In this document: one piece after another, positions 22,102 to 33,249 of the stretch
Layout of the letters: every line of letters begins with the position of its first letter
Position numbering within the stretch: the first letter of the stretch is position 1
DNA from: Savitreella phatthalungensis
Taxonomy: Eukaryota
Direction: 5' to 3'
Assembly (NCBI GenBank): GCA_051599415.1
Contig: AP039689.1
Coordinates: 124,001 to 188,000 of the forward strand
Length of the DNA: 64,000 nt
The notes under the pieces: model-generated
The model's input: only the letters and a program-made list of their open reading frames with translations
The model's database searches: none
Told to the model about the DNA's origin: nothing
Made by a program: the position numbers and the translations under genes

Positions 22102-23397
22102 ATGAAGCGCTCCTCTCCAGTTGCAAGTGATGCATCCTCATTGCAGACCTCGCGGTGCACCAAGCGTCGTAGCATGGCAGTTCCTTCAGGCCCACTCTCT
22201 CCTCCACAGTCTCGTCCCGTCTCTCCGGCACCGATCAGCACTAGTGCCTGCCGCAAGGAAGCCATCCAAGCGGCACAACAGATCGTGGCACGTGAGCTCA
22301 ATGCAGTCTTCGAGCTCGAGTACAAGCAAGACATTGTTGAGTACATGGACACCATGCAGGAAGCGAACCTGGCCAGCAGTGAGATGATGGACCTTCAGCC
22401 AGAACTCGAGTGGTACATGCGACCATTTCTCCTAGACTTCTTGATTGAAGTCCACGCTGGCTTCAGACTGCAGCCGACGACACTGCACCTTGCCATCAAC
22501 ATCATCGATCGTTACACATCTCGGCGCGTTGTCTTCAAGAAGCACTATCAGCTACTCGGTTGCACGGCTCTTTGGATCGCGGCCAAGTACGAAGAGGCCA
22601 AGGACAAGGTACCCACGCTTGCCGAGCTCCGTGCCATGTGCTGCGACTCATATCCTGAGCAGATGTTTTTACAGATGGAGGGTCACGTCCTTAAGACACT
22701 CAACTGGACTGTCGGCACGGCCACCACCGACGGCTATCTACAAATTTCTTTGACAGTTCCGGCCTTTGACGACACTGCGCGCACTGTTCACCTGGCCCGC
22801 ATGTGCTCAGAGCTTGCGCTCTTCCACCGCGAGTTTGTCCCGATTCGACCAAGCATTGTGGCCGATGGCTGTTTGGCGTTCGCTCGCCAAGCTCTTGGTC
22901 AGCAGCCAGCACTACTCTCCAGAGAGTCCTCCGAGGTCGTCGTGCTCCTACGTTCGAAGGCGAACGACGTCTCAACGGTTCTCGGCAAGAAGTACGCGCA
23001 GGCAGCATACGAACACGTTTCGCACCACCTGCAGGCTTTTTTAGCCGCGCCGCAGCCTGGCATGGCGACCTCGACGTCGAAGAGGGCAGAATGCCAGGTT
23101 GCAAACGCGCACTCGGGCCCACACGCCAGCACCAACACCAACAGCAAACGCCAAGCAGAGTCTCGCAACGGGCATGCTCTGCCACAGCGCATCGACGTGG
23201 CCATCGTCACACCGGTTCGGACGTCGCACGTCTTTACTCACGGCATGATTACGCCGCCTGCAGAAGGTGACTGCGAGCGATACGCGGTCGCATCTCACTT
23301 TGGTTCTGACGGACCGAGCGCCGGAGACGACTGCTGCTATTCGCCAGCATCTTCCATCCTCGATGCCTACCGAGGCAAGTACGACATGCGCTGCTAA
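22102..23397 (+). CDS. G1/S-type cyclin (Cln/Puc1-like)
   Basis: 431 aa. Cyclin box MMDLQPELEWYMRPFLLDFLIEVH...IDRYTSRRVVFKKHYQLLGCTALWIAAKYEE, typical of fungal G1 cyclins; S/TP-rich termini. Confidence 0.92.
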   Translation: MKRSSPVASDASSLQTSRCTKRRSMAVPSGPLSPPQSRPVSPAPISTSACRKEAIQAAQQIVARELNAVFELEYKQDIVEYMDTMQEANLASSEMMDLQPELEWYMRPFLLDFLIEVHAGFRLQPTTLHLAINIIDRYTSRRVVFKKHYQLLGCTALWIAAKYEEAKDKVPTLAELRAMCCDSYPEQMFLQMEGHVLKTLNWTVGTATTDGYLQISLTVPAFDDTARTVHLARMCSELALFHREFVPIRPSIVADGCLAFARQALGQQPALLSRESSEVVVLLRSKANDVSTVLGKKYAQAAYEHVSHHLQAFLAAPQPGMATSTSKRAECQVANAHSGPHASTNTNSKRQAESRNGHALPQRIDVAIVTPVRTSHVFTHGMITPPAEGDCERYAVASHFGSDGPSAGDDCCYSPASSILDAYRGKYDMRC

Positions 23398-23694
23398 TGT
23401 CCCAGCAGAAATGCAGCCCCGAAATTCACATACGAATCCCAACGCACGAAGGAAGTCTCCCATTTATTTTCCTTTCACATCCACTACACACGTACACACG
23501 CCCACGCTCTCTCCTGACGATGATTTGAAACACGACGGATTTTCCAGCATCTTTTACTACTCTTACACTCGCACTTTTGGTGTCGCTTTAGCGCTTCACG
23601 CTTAGAAACGGTCGGTGATGACACCTACTGAATGATGATCTGATGACGAAACTCTTCATTGTCCTTCGGCGTGACTGTCTGTGTGGTTTGTGCT

Positions 23695-24075
23695 CTAATG
23701 CTCGCCTCGACATGTCTGCGCCTTGCCTGCGGTCGTCTGTGCCTCTGCCTCTGCCTCCTGCGGCGTCTTGAGCCTCAACTGGAGCGCGTGAATCCCACCT
23801 GCAACTTCCATCTCCTCCCTAAGAAGACCGTAGACGGTTCTGTGCCGTTGCGCAAGTCGCTGTCCCTCAAACCGAGAGGAGACGGCGAGCACGCGGAAAT
23901 GAGTCTCCGGCGATGTGTTGCCTCGCATTGCAGCGTGATGAGCATGCAGGTGTGAGTCATTGTACACTTCCAGCTGACTGGGTTGCAGTGCCGAAGTCAG
24001 CTTGCTCACAATCGACTTCTCGATCGGTCCACCGACAGTCTGTGTAGCCATTGTCCGTACTCGAGCACGAAGCAT
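23695..24075 (-). CDS. BOL1: Mitochondrial BolA-like protein
   Basis: LEVYNDSHLHAHH...ETHFRV...FEGQRLAQRHRTVYGLL...GIHALQLRLKTP, with a short basic presequence. Confidence 0.9.
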   Translation of the reverse strand: MLRARVRTMATQTVGGPIEKSIVSKLTSALQPSQLEVYNDSHLHAHHAAMRGNTSPETHFRVLAVSSRFEGQRLAQRHRTVYGLLREEMEVAGGIHALQLRLKTPQEAEAEAQTTAGKAQTCRGEH

Positions 24076-24161
24076 GCCCAGTAGGAGCTCTAGCAGACTG
24101 TTCCCAGATCACCTAGCACCTAGAGTGACTCGGAATAACAGATGAGCAGGGTATATGCCGG

Positions 24162-24169
24162 TGTGACTG
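24162..24169 (-). promoter_or_regulatory. Homol D-box-like element (CAGTCACA) in the BOL1/CFT2 divergent promoter
   Basis: TGTGACTG on the + strand, ~87 bp upstream of the BOL1 ATG. Matches the S. pombe core-promoter element, but a single 8-mer could be chance. Confidence 0.3.
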
Positions 24170-24596
24170 TCTATGGTGCTGTGATGTAAACTCGTAGATG
24201 ACACTGGCTGTGGTAATGTGCCACAAGGTGGCTGACCATCTGATTTACCTTTAGAGCTGTTCTGAGCTGCTGTGCTTGCCATCATATGTTACTGTTATAC
24301 ACAATCAATTGTGCAAAGCACTACTAATACAGCTCCTCTGACTCGATCGTGTATTGGCACTGAGCATCTTCATGATCTCTAAGTTCAAAAGACTTCTTAC
24401 ACGTGCTACCAAGTTCTCAAACTGAAGAGATGCATAGATTTGGGTTTCAACACATATCATTCAAGCACTCACTAGACCTCTACCTCAAGAAGACCACGCA
24501 AGAGCTCCAACATGAACTCCTAGCACTCACAAGATCACTTCCTATGATTGCTAATTGACTCGATCTCTCGCTCGCTCGCTCGCCCATGTATACAGT

Positions 24597-27152
24597 ATGA
24601 TCGAATTCACTACCCTTGGCCAAGCAGCTACGGGCTTACTCACTTTCGACGACATCACAGTCCTCATAGACCCAGGCTGTGATGGCCTTTTACGATTCAT
24701 AGACAGCACACTGCGGCCGGATCTTGTGCTCCTGACGCACTCAGATCTGCATCATCTAGGAGGCTATGTATATGGTTGGAAACACCTGGGGTGGCAAGGT
24801 GTCCCGTGCTACGCGACCTTGCCCGTGGTCAACATGGGTCGCATGACGATGCAGGATGCCATCAAATCAGTTCTGCCCGAGGACATCTCTCTGGCTGATG
24901 TCGATGATGCTTTTGATGGCATGGACTCATTGCGATATGCACAGGCGACACAACTCGCAGGCAGGCTACAGGGCATCGGCATCACCGCATTCAATGCAGG
25001 TCATTCTCTCGGTGGCACGATCTGGCGCCTTACGCGCGGGGCCGATCGCATTGTCTACGCAGATGCGTGGAATCATGCTCGTGACGCCTCGCTCAATGGA
25101 GCTGCCCTCTTCACCCAGGGTCAAGTGCCCGAACAACTTGCGCGGCCGAGCGTGCTCATCACAGACGCTTACAACGCAGCAGCCAGCAACCCGCCAACAA
25201 GGGTAAAACGTCTTGAGGCCTTCTTCGAATCAATCATGGCCACACTAGCCTCGAATGGTCAGGTCCTGATCCCGATCGATTCTGCTACACGATCCCTCGA
25301 GCTGTGTGAACTTCTCGAGGCACATTGGCGAGCGACGACTCCGCCGATCCCGTTCCCCGTCTACTTCGTCTCGCCAACGGCATCTAAAGTGGTCTCATAC
25401 GCCAGATCTATGTTGGAATGGATGAATGACAAGATGGTCCACGACTATGGATCGAGTGGCGGCTTGTTCGAGTTTCAGCACGTCAAGCTCATCACCTCAG
25501 CCAGCGCACTGGAACAACTTCCGCCAGGACCCAAAGTCATTCTCGCAACGTCGGCGGATCTCGAGCACGGTTTTGCACAATCTCTGCTAACCCAATCGAT
25601 TGCCGCCGATCCAGCGAATTTGATTGTCTTATCGCAAGCGTCGTCATATCGCGCAGGAACACTGGCGAGCACACTCAAAGACCAGTGGAACAAAGAGACT
25701 GCTGCATCCGCCACAGAGGGCAATGTCGCACAATACATAGGACTCTCGCTTACCACGGAAATTGTCGTCCGCACGCTCGAACCGTTGACAGGCGATGAGC
25801 TTGTGGCACACAACGAGCGCGAGCAACAGCGGCGTGAAGACGAGCTTGCTCGGACGACTATTCAAGAACATAATCGCAACATCCTCGACGGAAGTGACGA
25901 TGAGTCCGACGATGAGGATGAGCAGGCCGTCGCAGCTGCTTCAGCTGCTCATCAGGCCTTGGCAGCCACCGGATCGACGCGCGGCGTGACTGCCACATCG
26001 ACTGCCTTGGGTGCAACTGTGCTCTTGACAGGAAGTACGTTCGATGTCCAATGTACAGCCGACCCGCTGTTCTACCGGCTGCCCGGACGTCTCAAAATGT
26101 TCCCGTTTGTCGAGCGTCGCAGGCGATTTGATGATTATGGCGAGATTCTTCGACCGGACGAATTCAAGCGCGCTGACCAAGAGGAAGCCGAGGCTGCCGA
26201 GGCCAGAGAAGCACACAAGTCGCGTGATCGCGATGTTGCCGCAGGAACGAAGCGCAGATGGGGCGAAATCAATGATGGAGACCGCAACGACCAGGATGCG
26301 CAGGACGATCGTTCGGTTCCGAGCAAGCTCGTGACGACCACGAGCCAGCTCAACTTGCGTTGCAGATTACGCTATATCGACCTCGAAGGTATTCATGACG
26401 GTCGATCGCTCAAGAACATCGTCGAGTCTGTCAACCCGCGCAAGCTGGTCATTGCAAGAGGTCTTGATAGCGATCGTGAGGACCTGCGACAATCATGTGC
26501 CGCTGTGAAGGGCTTCACACCAACAATCATTGTTCCAACAACCGGGGAATCGAACGCGATATCGCTCGATACCAATTCCTTCGAGGTCGAGCTTGCAGAC
26601 TCGCTTGTCGCTGACCTTGTCTGGCAGAACCTCCTGAACGAGCAGGTTGCGCATGTCTCCGGGAAGCTGGTCCAGCGAAGCAAAAAGGAGGAAGACCTGG
26701 ACATGGGAGGTCCCAAGTTTAAGATCGAACCAGATGTGATGGACACTGAGAACGAAAATGAATCCGAGTCGAAGATAGAGTTGAAAGATGAGGATATGCA
26801 GGAAGACGTCAAGGAGGACAATGCGGTACCGGCTGCTGGAGCCCTTGTCAAGCAAGAGGAGCTCCTCCCCATGGTCGAGGCGCTGTCTGCCGAGGAAGCT
26901 GCACAGCTTGGCCGAAGAACGACCTCGCTATTTGTGGGCAACATTCGCCTGGGCGATCTGAAGCGTACACTGCAGCAGCAAGGTCATACGGCGGAGTTGC
27001 GCGGCGGCGGTGTTCTATACTGCGACAACGCAGTTGCTGTCACGAAGCATGCAGACGGTCAAATTCTGCTTGAGACCCACAACCAGAGGTCTGAATCTTT
27101 CTGGAAGATCCGGAATGTTATCTATGGTAGCCTTGCGAGCATCGAGCTGTAG
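24597..27152 (+). CDS. CFT2: Cleavage and polyadenylation factor subunit 2 (CPSF100)
   Basis: Inactive MBL/beta-CASP fold: HSDLHHLGG, NAGHSLGGTIW, MLEWMND, MFPFVERRRRFDDYGE, YIDLEGIHDGRS, LFVGNIRLGDLK. Confidence 0.93.
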   Translation: MIEFTTLGQAATGLLTFDDITVLIDPGCDGLLRFIDSTLRPDLVLLTHSDLHHLGGYVYGWKHLGWQGVPCYATLPVVNMGRMTMQDAIKSVLPEDISLADVDDAFDGMDSLRYAQATQLAGRLQGIGITAFNAGHSLGGTIWRLTRGADRIVYADAWNHARDASLNGAALFTQGQVPEQLARPSVLITDAYNAAASNPPTRVKRLEAFFESIMATLASNGQVLIPIDSATRSLELCELLEAHWRATTPPIPFPVYFVSPTASKVVSYARSMLEWMNDKMVHDYGSSGGLFEFQHVKLITSASALEQLPPGPKVILATSADLEHGFAQSLLTQSIAADPANLIVLSQASSYRAGTLASTLKDQWNKETAASATEGNVAQYIGLSLTTEIVVRTLEPLTGDELVAHNEREQQRREDELARTTIQEHNRNILDGSDDESDDEDEQAVAAASAAHQALAATGSTRGVTATSTALGATVLLTGSTFDVQCTADPLFYRLPGRLKMFPFVERRRRFDDYGEILRPDEFKRADQEEAEAAEAREAHKSRDRDVAAGTKRRWGEINDGDRNDQDAQDDRSVPSKLVTTTSQLNLRCRLRYIDLEGIHDGRSLKNIVESVNPRKLVIARGLDSDREDLRQSCAAVKGFTPTIIVPTTGESNAISLDTNSFEVELADSLVADLVWQNLLNEQVAHVSGKLVQRSKKEEDLDMGGPKFKIEPDVMDTENENESESKIELKDEDMQEDVKEDNAVPAAGALVKQEELLPMVEALSAEEAAQLGRRTTSLFVGNIRLGDLKRTLQQQGHTAELRGGGVLYCDNAVAVTKHADGQILLETHNQRSESFWKIRNVIYGSLASIEL

Positions 27153-27646
27153 CACATAGTGCCTGTACTTTACCAACCATCAGCATCATCAGCATAAGCT
27201 TACATGTAATGTTCACGATCGTCCCCTCAGTTGTTGTGCTACGAACGTATCCTTACACAACTATTATCCCGCCCATTCTGTTCATCATTTCATTGGCCTC
27301 CAGCCACAGCCAGCTCCAGCCAGGTGCTCCTTGTTCTATATAAGGACGCGTACGTTTCCACACTGAATACAACTCCTTTCACTCCGATTGCGTACCCAGG
27401 CTTAACATGTTGTCAGCTCGGATTTTCCACCCTCGTTTACAGATCCAATCACCGTCATATGCGACATCGGCTCTTTTGCACCGAATCAGATATCGATCTT
27501 ACCCACATCCCCACCTAGTTAAAGCGAATCGGGTATTTATCCCAGATCCCGATCTCGATCAGGATCATCCTGGGCCCCGCTCTATAAGAACCTACTTTCG
27601 TGACTCTGCACAACATCGCTCGCCTTCTCTTCCCGTAGAGACCAAG

Positions 27647-28861
27647 ATGCGGGTCTTGGTCGTTGGAGCGGGTGTGTCAGGCTCAATATGCGCTTACCTG
27701 CTGGGCAAAGCTGGGCACGATGTTCTCGTGATTGAGCGGTCTCCCAAAGAGCAACGTCTAGGCCAAGGGATTGAGATCGAAGAGCCTGCCCTAGAGGTCA
27801 TCCGACAGATGGAAGGCGTCCTTGAGGATCTCCAAGCAATCAAGACTGCTGAAGCTGGATTCGAACTCGTCAACGATCGAAATGGCTCCTACGGCAAGTT
27901 CGACGCAGGCGGTTTCTCCCCAACCGGCGCTCTTGAGTTTATGCGCGGCGACCTGGTCGATGTCCTCTACAAAGCTGCGGCCCAATACGCTCGCTACTCA
28001 TTCAGCACAAAGCTCATCTCTCTAGCAAATGAGGCGGATGACACAGTGACGGCAGAGTACGCTCGACGTGACGAATCCCCCGAGAAGGGTACATTCGACG
28101 TTGTCATAGGTGCCGACGGCGCTCGTTCATCAACTCGACGCATGATCTTTCCGGACACGGCAACAAAGTGTATGAATCCGCTCGGAGCGGTGTGTGCGTA
28201 TTTCTCGATCCCACTGGACAGCGAGTTCGATACAGATTACTCACGGCTTTGCCACTTTCCCGGCGGGCGTGTCGCCTGGTTACGGCCTCGGGGCAAAGGC
28301 GCCGACATTATCTCCGTCTATCTTATACATTGGGCTGAGCTTTCCGAGCTCCGACAAGCTGCCGCTGGTACTGATCGTGCGCTGCAGAAGCGTTTGCTTG
28401 CAAAGGAATGGACTGACTGCGGTTGGCAAATCCCTCGTGTCTTGCGCGGCCTTGCAGAATCTGATAATTTCTACCTCGATGACCTCGCGCAGGTCAAGCT
28501 ACAAAGCTGGCACAAGGGCAGGACAGTACTAGTCGGAGATTCGGCTTGGGCGCCAACACCCGTCACCGGGCAGGGCAACCAGCTTGCCATCATCGGAGCA
28601 TGGATCTTGTCGCAGGAGCTCAATCGATCGGCTGATCCTGCAGCTGCATTCAAGCAGTATGATACAAGGCTGCGGAAGTATGTTTCAGACTGCCAAGCGA
28701 TCCCACTCGGCGGGTATGCTCCGAAGATATTTGCGCCCCAGACGAGCTTCGGCATTGCCATCTTCCGGGCGATGTACTACGTCTTGAACCGAGTCGTGAA
28801 ATATCTACCGCAGTCAAAGGAAGAGGACAGAAATCCAGAAATCGACCTCCAGACGTCATAG
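27647..28861 (+). CDS. FAD-dependent monooxygenase (FAD_binding_3-type)
   Basis: MRVLVVGAGVSG Rossmann motif, DVVIGADGARS (DG motif), VLVGDSAWAPTPVTGQG (GD motif). TATAAG ~65 bp upstream. Confidence 0.9.
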   Translation: MRVLVVGAGVSGSICAYLLGKAGHDVLVIERSPKEQRLGQGIEIEEPALEVIRQMEGVLEDLQAIKTAEAGFELVNDRNGSYGKFDAGGFSPTGALEFMRGDLVDVLYKAAAQYARYSFSTKLISLANEADDTVTAEYARRDESPEKGTFDVVIGADGARSSTRRMIFPDTATKCMNPLGAVCAYFSIPLDSEFDTDYSRLCHFPGGRVAWLRPRGKGADIISVYLIHWAELSELRQAAAGTDRALQKRLLAKEWTDCGWQIPRVLRGLAESDNFYLDDLAQVKLQSWHKGRTVLVGDSAWAPTPVTGQGNQLAIIGAWILSQELNRSADPAAAFKQYDTRLRKYVSDCQAIPLGGYAPKIFAPQTSFGIAIFRAMYYVLNRVVKYLPQSKEEDRNPEIDLQTS

Positions 28862-29478
28862 ATCTGCTGGCAAAGACTAGAGACAGCTCCAAGTCAAGGT
28901 ATTTAAGAACGATCATAGTAATGGTAACACAAACATCCAGGGACAAGAAATGCACCTCAGACATTGGTCATTCGTGCGTGCACGTATGTCAGCATAGGAG
29001 CGTGGGTCATCGAACGCTTGATACTTAGGCACAGGAAGTAATGAATGCCGTCTGAAGTGGATCGACAGCGGGCAGATACTCTGAAGCTGTTCAAACGCCA
29101 CCGGCGCGATCTATGTTGCTCGCTTCGTATACTCATGGGCGTGTATGTATGGACACCAAATCTACGCAGTTAGCGGTCGAACCCACACGTGCATTCTGCG
29201 CCTGGAAAAATCCAGGACGCACGATCGACCTCAAAAACTCTCGACTTCAGCTTGAGTGTAACGAAGGATTACAGTGTAAGGAATAACGCACTTCATCTCC
29301 CAGCTGCACACATACTACACAAAACCTTTCAAGCTAGTACCTGGCTTATTTACTCGCAGCAGCTCGCGCTACAGTCTGAAAAAGATTCTCTGCTTCTGTG
29401 ACAAGACAAGAGCCGGCTACACAGACGATAGACGGACAGATCGACCAGAATTGTCACATCCAGATACCTTTGCACACC

Positions 29479-30192
29479 ATGACTGACGTCGAGACCAAGC
29501 CGCTCGAGACTCTCAAGGAGGTCGACATTGCTGCTGATGATTCCAATACCTCTACTGCCGATAAACAAGGAAGCAGTCAACAAACCGAAGACGTCACTGT
29601 CTTCCATGACGCCGACAATTTCACAGTCAAGCACCCTTTGGCTCACCGATGGACACTCTGGTACACAAAACCACCTACCCCTGGTCAGCGTGGTGCAGAT
29701 GCATGGGCGGACAATCTGAAGGAGGTAATCACGATCGATAGCGTGGAGGAATTCTGGGGTGTATACAACAACATCGCCAAGGCAACAGAACTGAGCCAGA
29801 AGAGTGACTATCACCTGTTCAAGGAAGGCGTCCGACCAGAGTGGGAGGACAAGCAGAACAGCAAAGGCGGAAAGTGGGCATTCCAGTCCAAGGGAGCTTC
29901 TAAGGACCAACTCGACGGCATGTGGCTATACTCCATGCTCGCTGCCATTGGCGAGACCCTTGAACGCGACAATGACAACGAGGTCATGGGCGTCGTCGTC
30001 AACATCCGCAAGGGTCTATGGCGTATCAGCGTCTGGACGCGTTCCTGCAACAACAAGGACGCCCTGATGGAGATTGGCAGACGTTTCAAGGACGTGCTTA
30101 AGCTCCCAGCTCACGAGACGCTCGAGTTTGCATCCCACAACGATGCAGCTCACTCTGGATCCTCTCGCGCAAAGGCAAAGATGTCGGTCTAG
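29479..30192 (+). CDS. CDC33: Translation initiation factor eIF4E
   Basis: KHPLAHRWTLWY, SVEEFWGVYNNI, DYHLFKEGVRPEWED..N..GGKW, RISVWT. Confidence 0.96.
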   Translation: MTDVETKPLETLKEVDIAADDSNTSTADKQGSSQQTEDVTVFHDADNFTVKHPLAHRWTLWYTKPPTPGQRGADAWADNLKEVITIDSVEEFWGVYNNIAKATELSQKSDYHLFKEGVRPEWEDKQNSKGGKWAFQSKGASKDQLDGMWLYSMLAAIGETLERDNDNEVMGVVVNIRKGLWRISVWTRSCNNKDALMEIGRRFKDVLKLPAHETLEFASHNDAAHSGSSRAKAKMSV

Positions 30193-30378
30193 CATGCTCA
30201 CCATTCTCTGGCTCTCCGTTATTCGACGTCCGGACTCTGTCCATCTGTATGTAATAGCATTTGTGACGTCGATCTTTCGATTCTTCCTTAATTACGAAAC
30301 CCTTGTCTGCAGCGCGCGCCCGTTGCACCGCCAGAGTCTGTCTACCCATTCGCCAGTCTTCCGTGATCTCCGGGAAGG

Positions 30379-30678
30379 TTATCGTGCAGGTCGTTGAGCG
30401 GTTTGCACTCCAGTGATGATACTATCTCCTGAACCTGCTGGCTGCGGCCGGTCGTCCAGGGCGATGACGTCGGAGAAATCATCCTGCTTGACTGCGACGA
30501 TCGAGTATGTATAGACACCGGTCACAAAAGAGACCAGGACGACACCGACAGCCAGGTTGCGCCAACGATACGGCGTCCTTGCGCGTAGCAAAGCCGGTGA
30601 TACTCCAAATCCGCGCGGGTCGTGGTATGTCTTTGTACCGGTCGGTGGTGCTACTCGTAGCATTCGACTGGGCCACAT
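30379..30678 (-). CDS. COA3: Cytochrome c oxidase assembly factor 3 (Coa3/CCDC56-like)
   Basis: SPALLRARTPYRWRN, one TM helix, then YTYSIVAVKQDDFSDV. Confidence 0.8.
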   Translation of the reverse strand: MWPSRMLRVAPPTGTKTYHDPRGFGVSPALLRARTPYRWRNLAVGVVLVSFVTGVYTYSIVAVKQDDFSDVIALDDRPQPAGSGDSIITGVQTAQRPAR

Positions 30679-31085
30679 CGCTGTTATCTCTAGCGCTTGA
30701 CGCTCAAGACAACGGAGCCTTTATCAAAGGTACGTGCTCGTGCGCTTGTGTGACGTCGTGCACTTGACAGCCAGTGGCAGGTTTAGCTGCAAGATTTACC
30801 TTCTACCTGATCTAATGCTGACCTGAAAGTCTACTGCATACATTTGCTGGATCTTCGTCCCCACGGCGAGCCAATCGAGTACGTTTGGATAATTTTCATC
30901 TTTACAAAGTCCATCTGTAGTTGCATAGACTGTGTGTATTGATATGATCTGGGGCAAATCAAATCCACCTTCTGTGACAATCAACACTTCAACCTCGACA
31001 ACAGATCCCGTCGTGTCTTGAAGACGCGAGGAACGTTCCGGTTTCCTCAATCTTGCGGGTGATCTTTACGATTCTAGTCTCAACC

Positions 31086-31976
31086 ATGCCGAAGATCGAG
31101 TCAGTAGAAGAGCACGAGGATGCTTCGTCGACAGAGCAGCTACACGCTAACCTCTATGATGCATTATCAACGATCTCCACGGCTGCAGCAGCATATACGG
31201 TCTTCGATGCAGTAATATCGCGTGTGGCTGGTCGCAGACTCGCAGCTGCGCGACTGTCCGCACCGGATATCTCCTTTCTCATCAACAGCGTCCTGGCTGG
31301 CCTGACAGGAGCCCGCGTGATTTTTGGCAGCACATTCAATTGCTCTATCCACGCATATCCCGAATGGATACATCGTGGTGTCGGGGCATTTGCAGGCTAC
31401 ATGGCGTACGACCTTGCGGTCCTGTACACCGGCCACGGTGGCGGAGACCTGCTACCGAATGGAACAGTACTGGCGCCACGGAAACCTTCCGCGGAGCTGC
31501 TCGTGCATCACGTCATGGCATTCTTGGGTTCGCTTGGCTCGATGACCTTCCGACAGGCCAACTTCTTTCCAACTGCGACACTGTTTACGGAGCTTTCACT
31601 GATCAGCGTGTTTGCTGCTCAAAGGGCTCGAGATGCTGTCCCGCGCGATAGTGGGAAGTACCTGACGGCTCTGAAAGCCAGGCTAATTTGCACTTTGCTC
31701 TTCCGCACATTTGTCGTCCCGTTCACCATCTTCAGAGCATACAGAGTCCTCGGCAAAGCTCATACAATCGATGACCTTCGTGACGGCCTGGGTTTCCTGG
31801 CCACAGCCAGACGGGCCTGGCGTCGATTCAGGGCTCAGACAACAGGATTCGTACGATACGCAACGCTAACAAATTTGGTCGTCTTCACGGGTCTGAATGC
31901 GCTTTGGACGGTCCAGATTGCGCGGACACTGGCTAAGGAGATGGCGAAAACACGAACTCTCACGACGCCAGCATAA
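31086..31976 (+). CDS. TLC (TRAM/LAG1/CLN8) domain membrane protein
   Basis: FAGYMAYDL, LLVHHV, TELS, LLFRT and LNALW motifs with several TM segments. Confidence 0.75.
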   Translation: MPKIESVEEHEDASSTEQLHANLYDALSTISTAAAAYTVFDAVISRVAGRRLAAARLSAPDISFLINSVLAGLTGARVIFGSTFNCSIHAYPEWIHRGVGAFAGYMAYDLAVLYTGHGGGDLLPNGTVLAPRKPSAELLVHHVMAFLGSLGSMTFRQANFFPTATLFTELSLISVFAAQRARDAVPRDSGKYLTALKARLICTLLFRTFVVPFTIFRAYRVLGKAHTIDDLRDGLGFLATARRAWRRFRAQTTGFVRYATLTNLVVFTGLNALWTVQIARTLAKEMAKTRTLTTPA

Positions 31977-33151
31977 ATTCTCGCCCGAGCGCGGGCATGA
32001 ACTAGGGCTATCCTGATGATCAGGCCGCCAACAACGGCTTGTTTGATGCAAAGCGCTCGCAGTAGTTCGATTCAAGGTGTAGCAAGTCTGTGATGATACC
32101 AAATTGACGGCATATCAGGACGACCGGGATTGGAGCGACCATCTTTACTCACATCGACTGTTTCAAACGTTTCGTTCGACTCACTCGGCACATTGCGAAC
32201 ATTATCGGACGACTGGCTCAGTGGAAGTCAGGTGAGATCGATACGCAAAGGGTCTGGAATTGCATCATACCGCTGGAAGAGATCACTGAAGAATAAGCTG
32301 CTACTAAAGTAATCAAGTGGCTTGAGTCAGAGCTGAGCCCCTCTTGAGTTTCAAGTTGACCTGAGCTGTTGGAAGCTAAGAAGAAAGAGAACAGGAAGCG
32401 AGATGCGGGAAGCGGGAACCGGGAAGCTGATAACTGATGCTATTTGAGTTTTGGATATTCAATTTGGCGGTAACGGAACTGTGGGGAAGCAATAGAAACC
32501 CCTTTGAAGCAGAACCTTCAGCAGATCCAGATTCGGGAACCTTTCAACTTTTTTGAACTGACTTGAATTGGTCACGGCTGAAATTGGAACTGGACGGGGA
32601 ACAGCATCTTTTCATTCTTTTTTGGAAGGTTATATGGTTGAGCGAAATCCTGACAACGACGTCATTTGTTGGAAGATCCATTTCATTTTCAGCTAGCTTT
32701 GTGGGATTGACTATATCAAAATCGACACAAGTCACGAGGGACAATGAAGAAAGAGATCAGAAGAGCCTGCTCCTAGGAGCAATCACTCGAACTGAACGCC
32801 ATCTCCACGAGCGGTGACCAGAATAGAAAATCGAGCAATCTACGCGAGTCAAGTCACAAGATTCTAACCAACCACAGCAGCTTCTCCTTCTTCACTAACA
32901 CTACTTTTGTCATCCTTCATCTTCTTCCACTTCTTCTTCCTGTACTCTTCTCCAAGTTGATCTACTTGAGTCGAAACATATACTCCCTCAGATACACGCC
33001 TGTAGACTGCAATCTCATCCTCAGTCAAAACTCACTCTCCCGCTCATCAACGTCTTTCAATCTATCTATCCATCACACCTACTGAGCAGTCATCATCCAC
33101 AATCTCCAGAACGCCAATCCCCAACAACATAAAGGTCGATCCTGCCTCTTC

Positions 33152-33201
33152 CATTCACAGCAGCATCTCATCACTCATTCACAGCAGCATCTTCATCACT
33201 C
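33152..33201. repeat. ~25-bp tandem duplication in the trehalase leader
   Basis: CATTCACAGCAGCATCT(T)CATCACTC x2. Confidence 0.8.
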
Positions 33202-33249
33202 TCCAACGCACGCACGCACTCTCGTTCTTTCTTATTCGCTCCACCTAGC

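Noticed and set aside
23640..23652. CTGATGA-C-GAAAC, resembling a hammerhead ribozyme core
   Set aside because: There is no stem II between the two core motifs and no convincing stems I or III.
27407..27646. 80-aa N-terminal extension of the monooxygenase in the ORF track
   Set aside because: It precedes the Rossmann start MRVLVVGAG and spans a TATA-like box, so it is probably promoter sequence.
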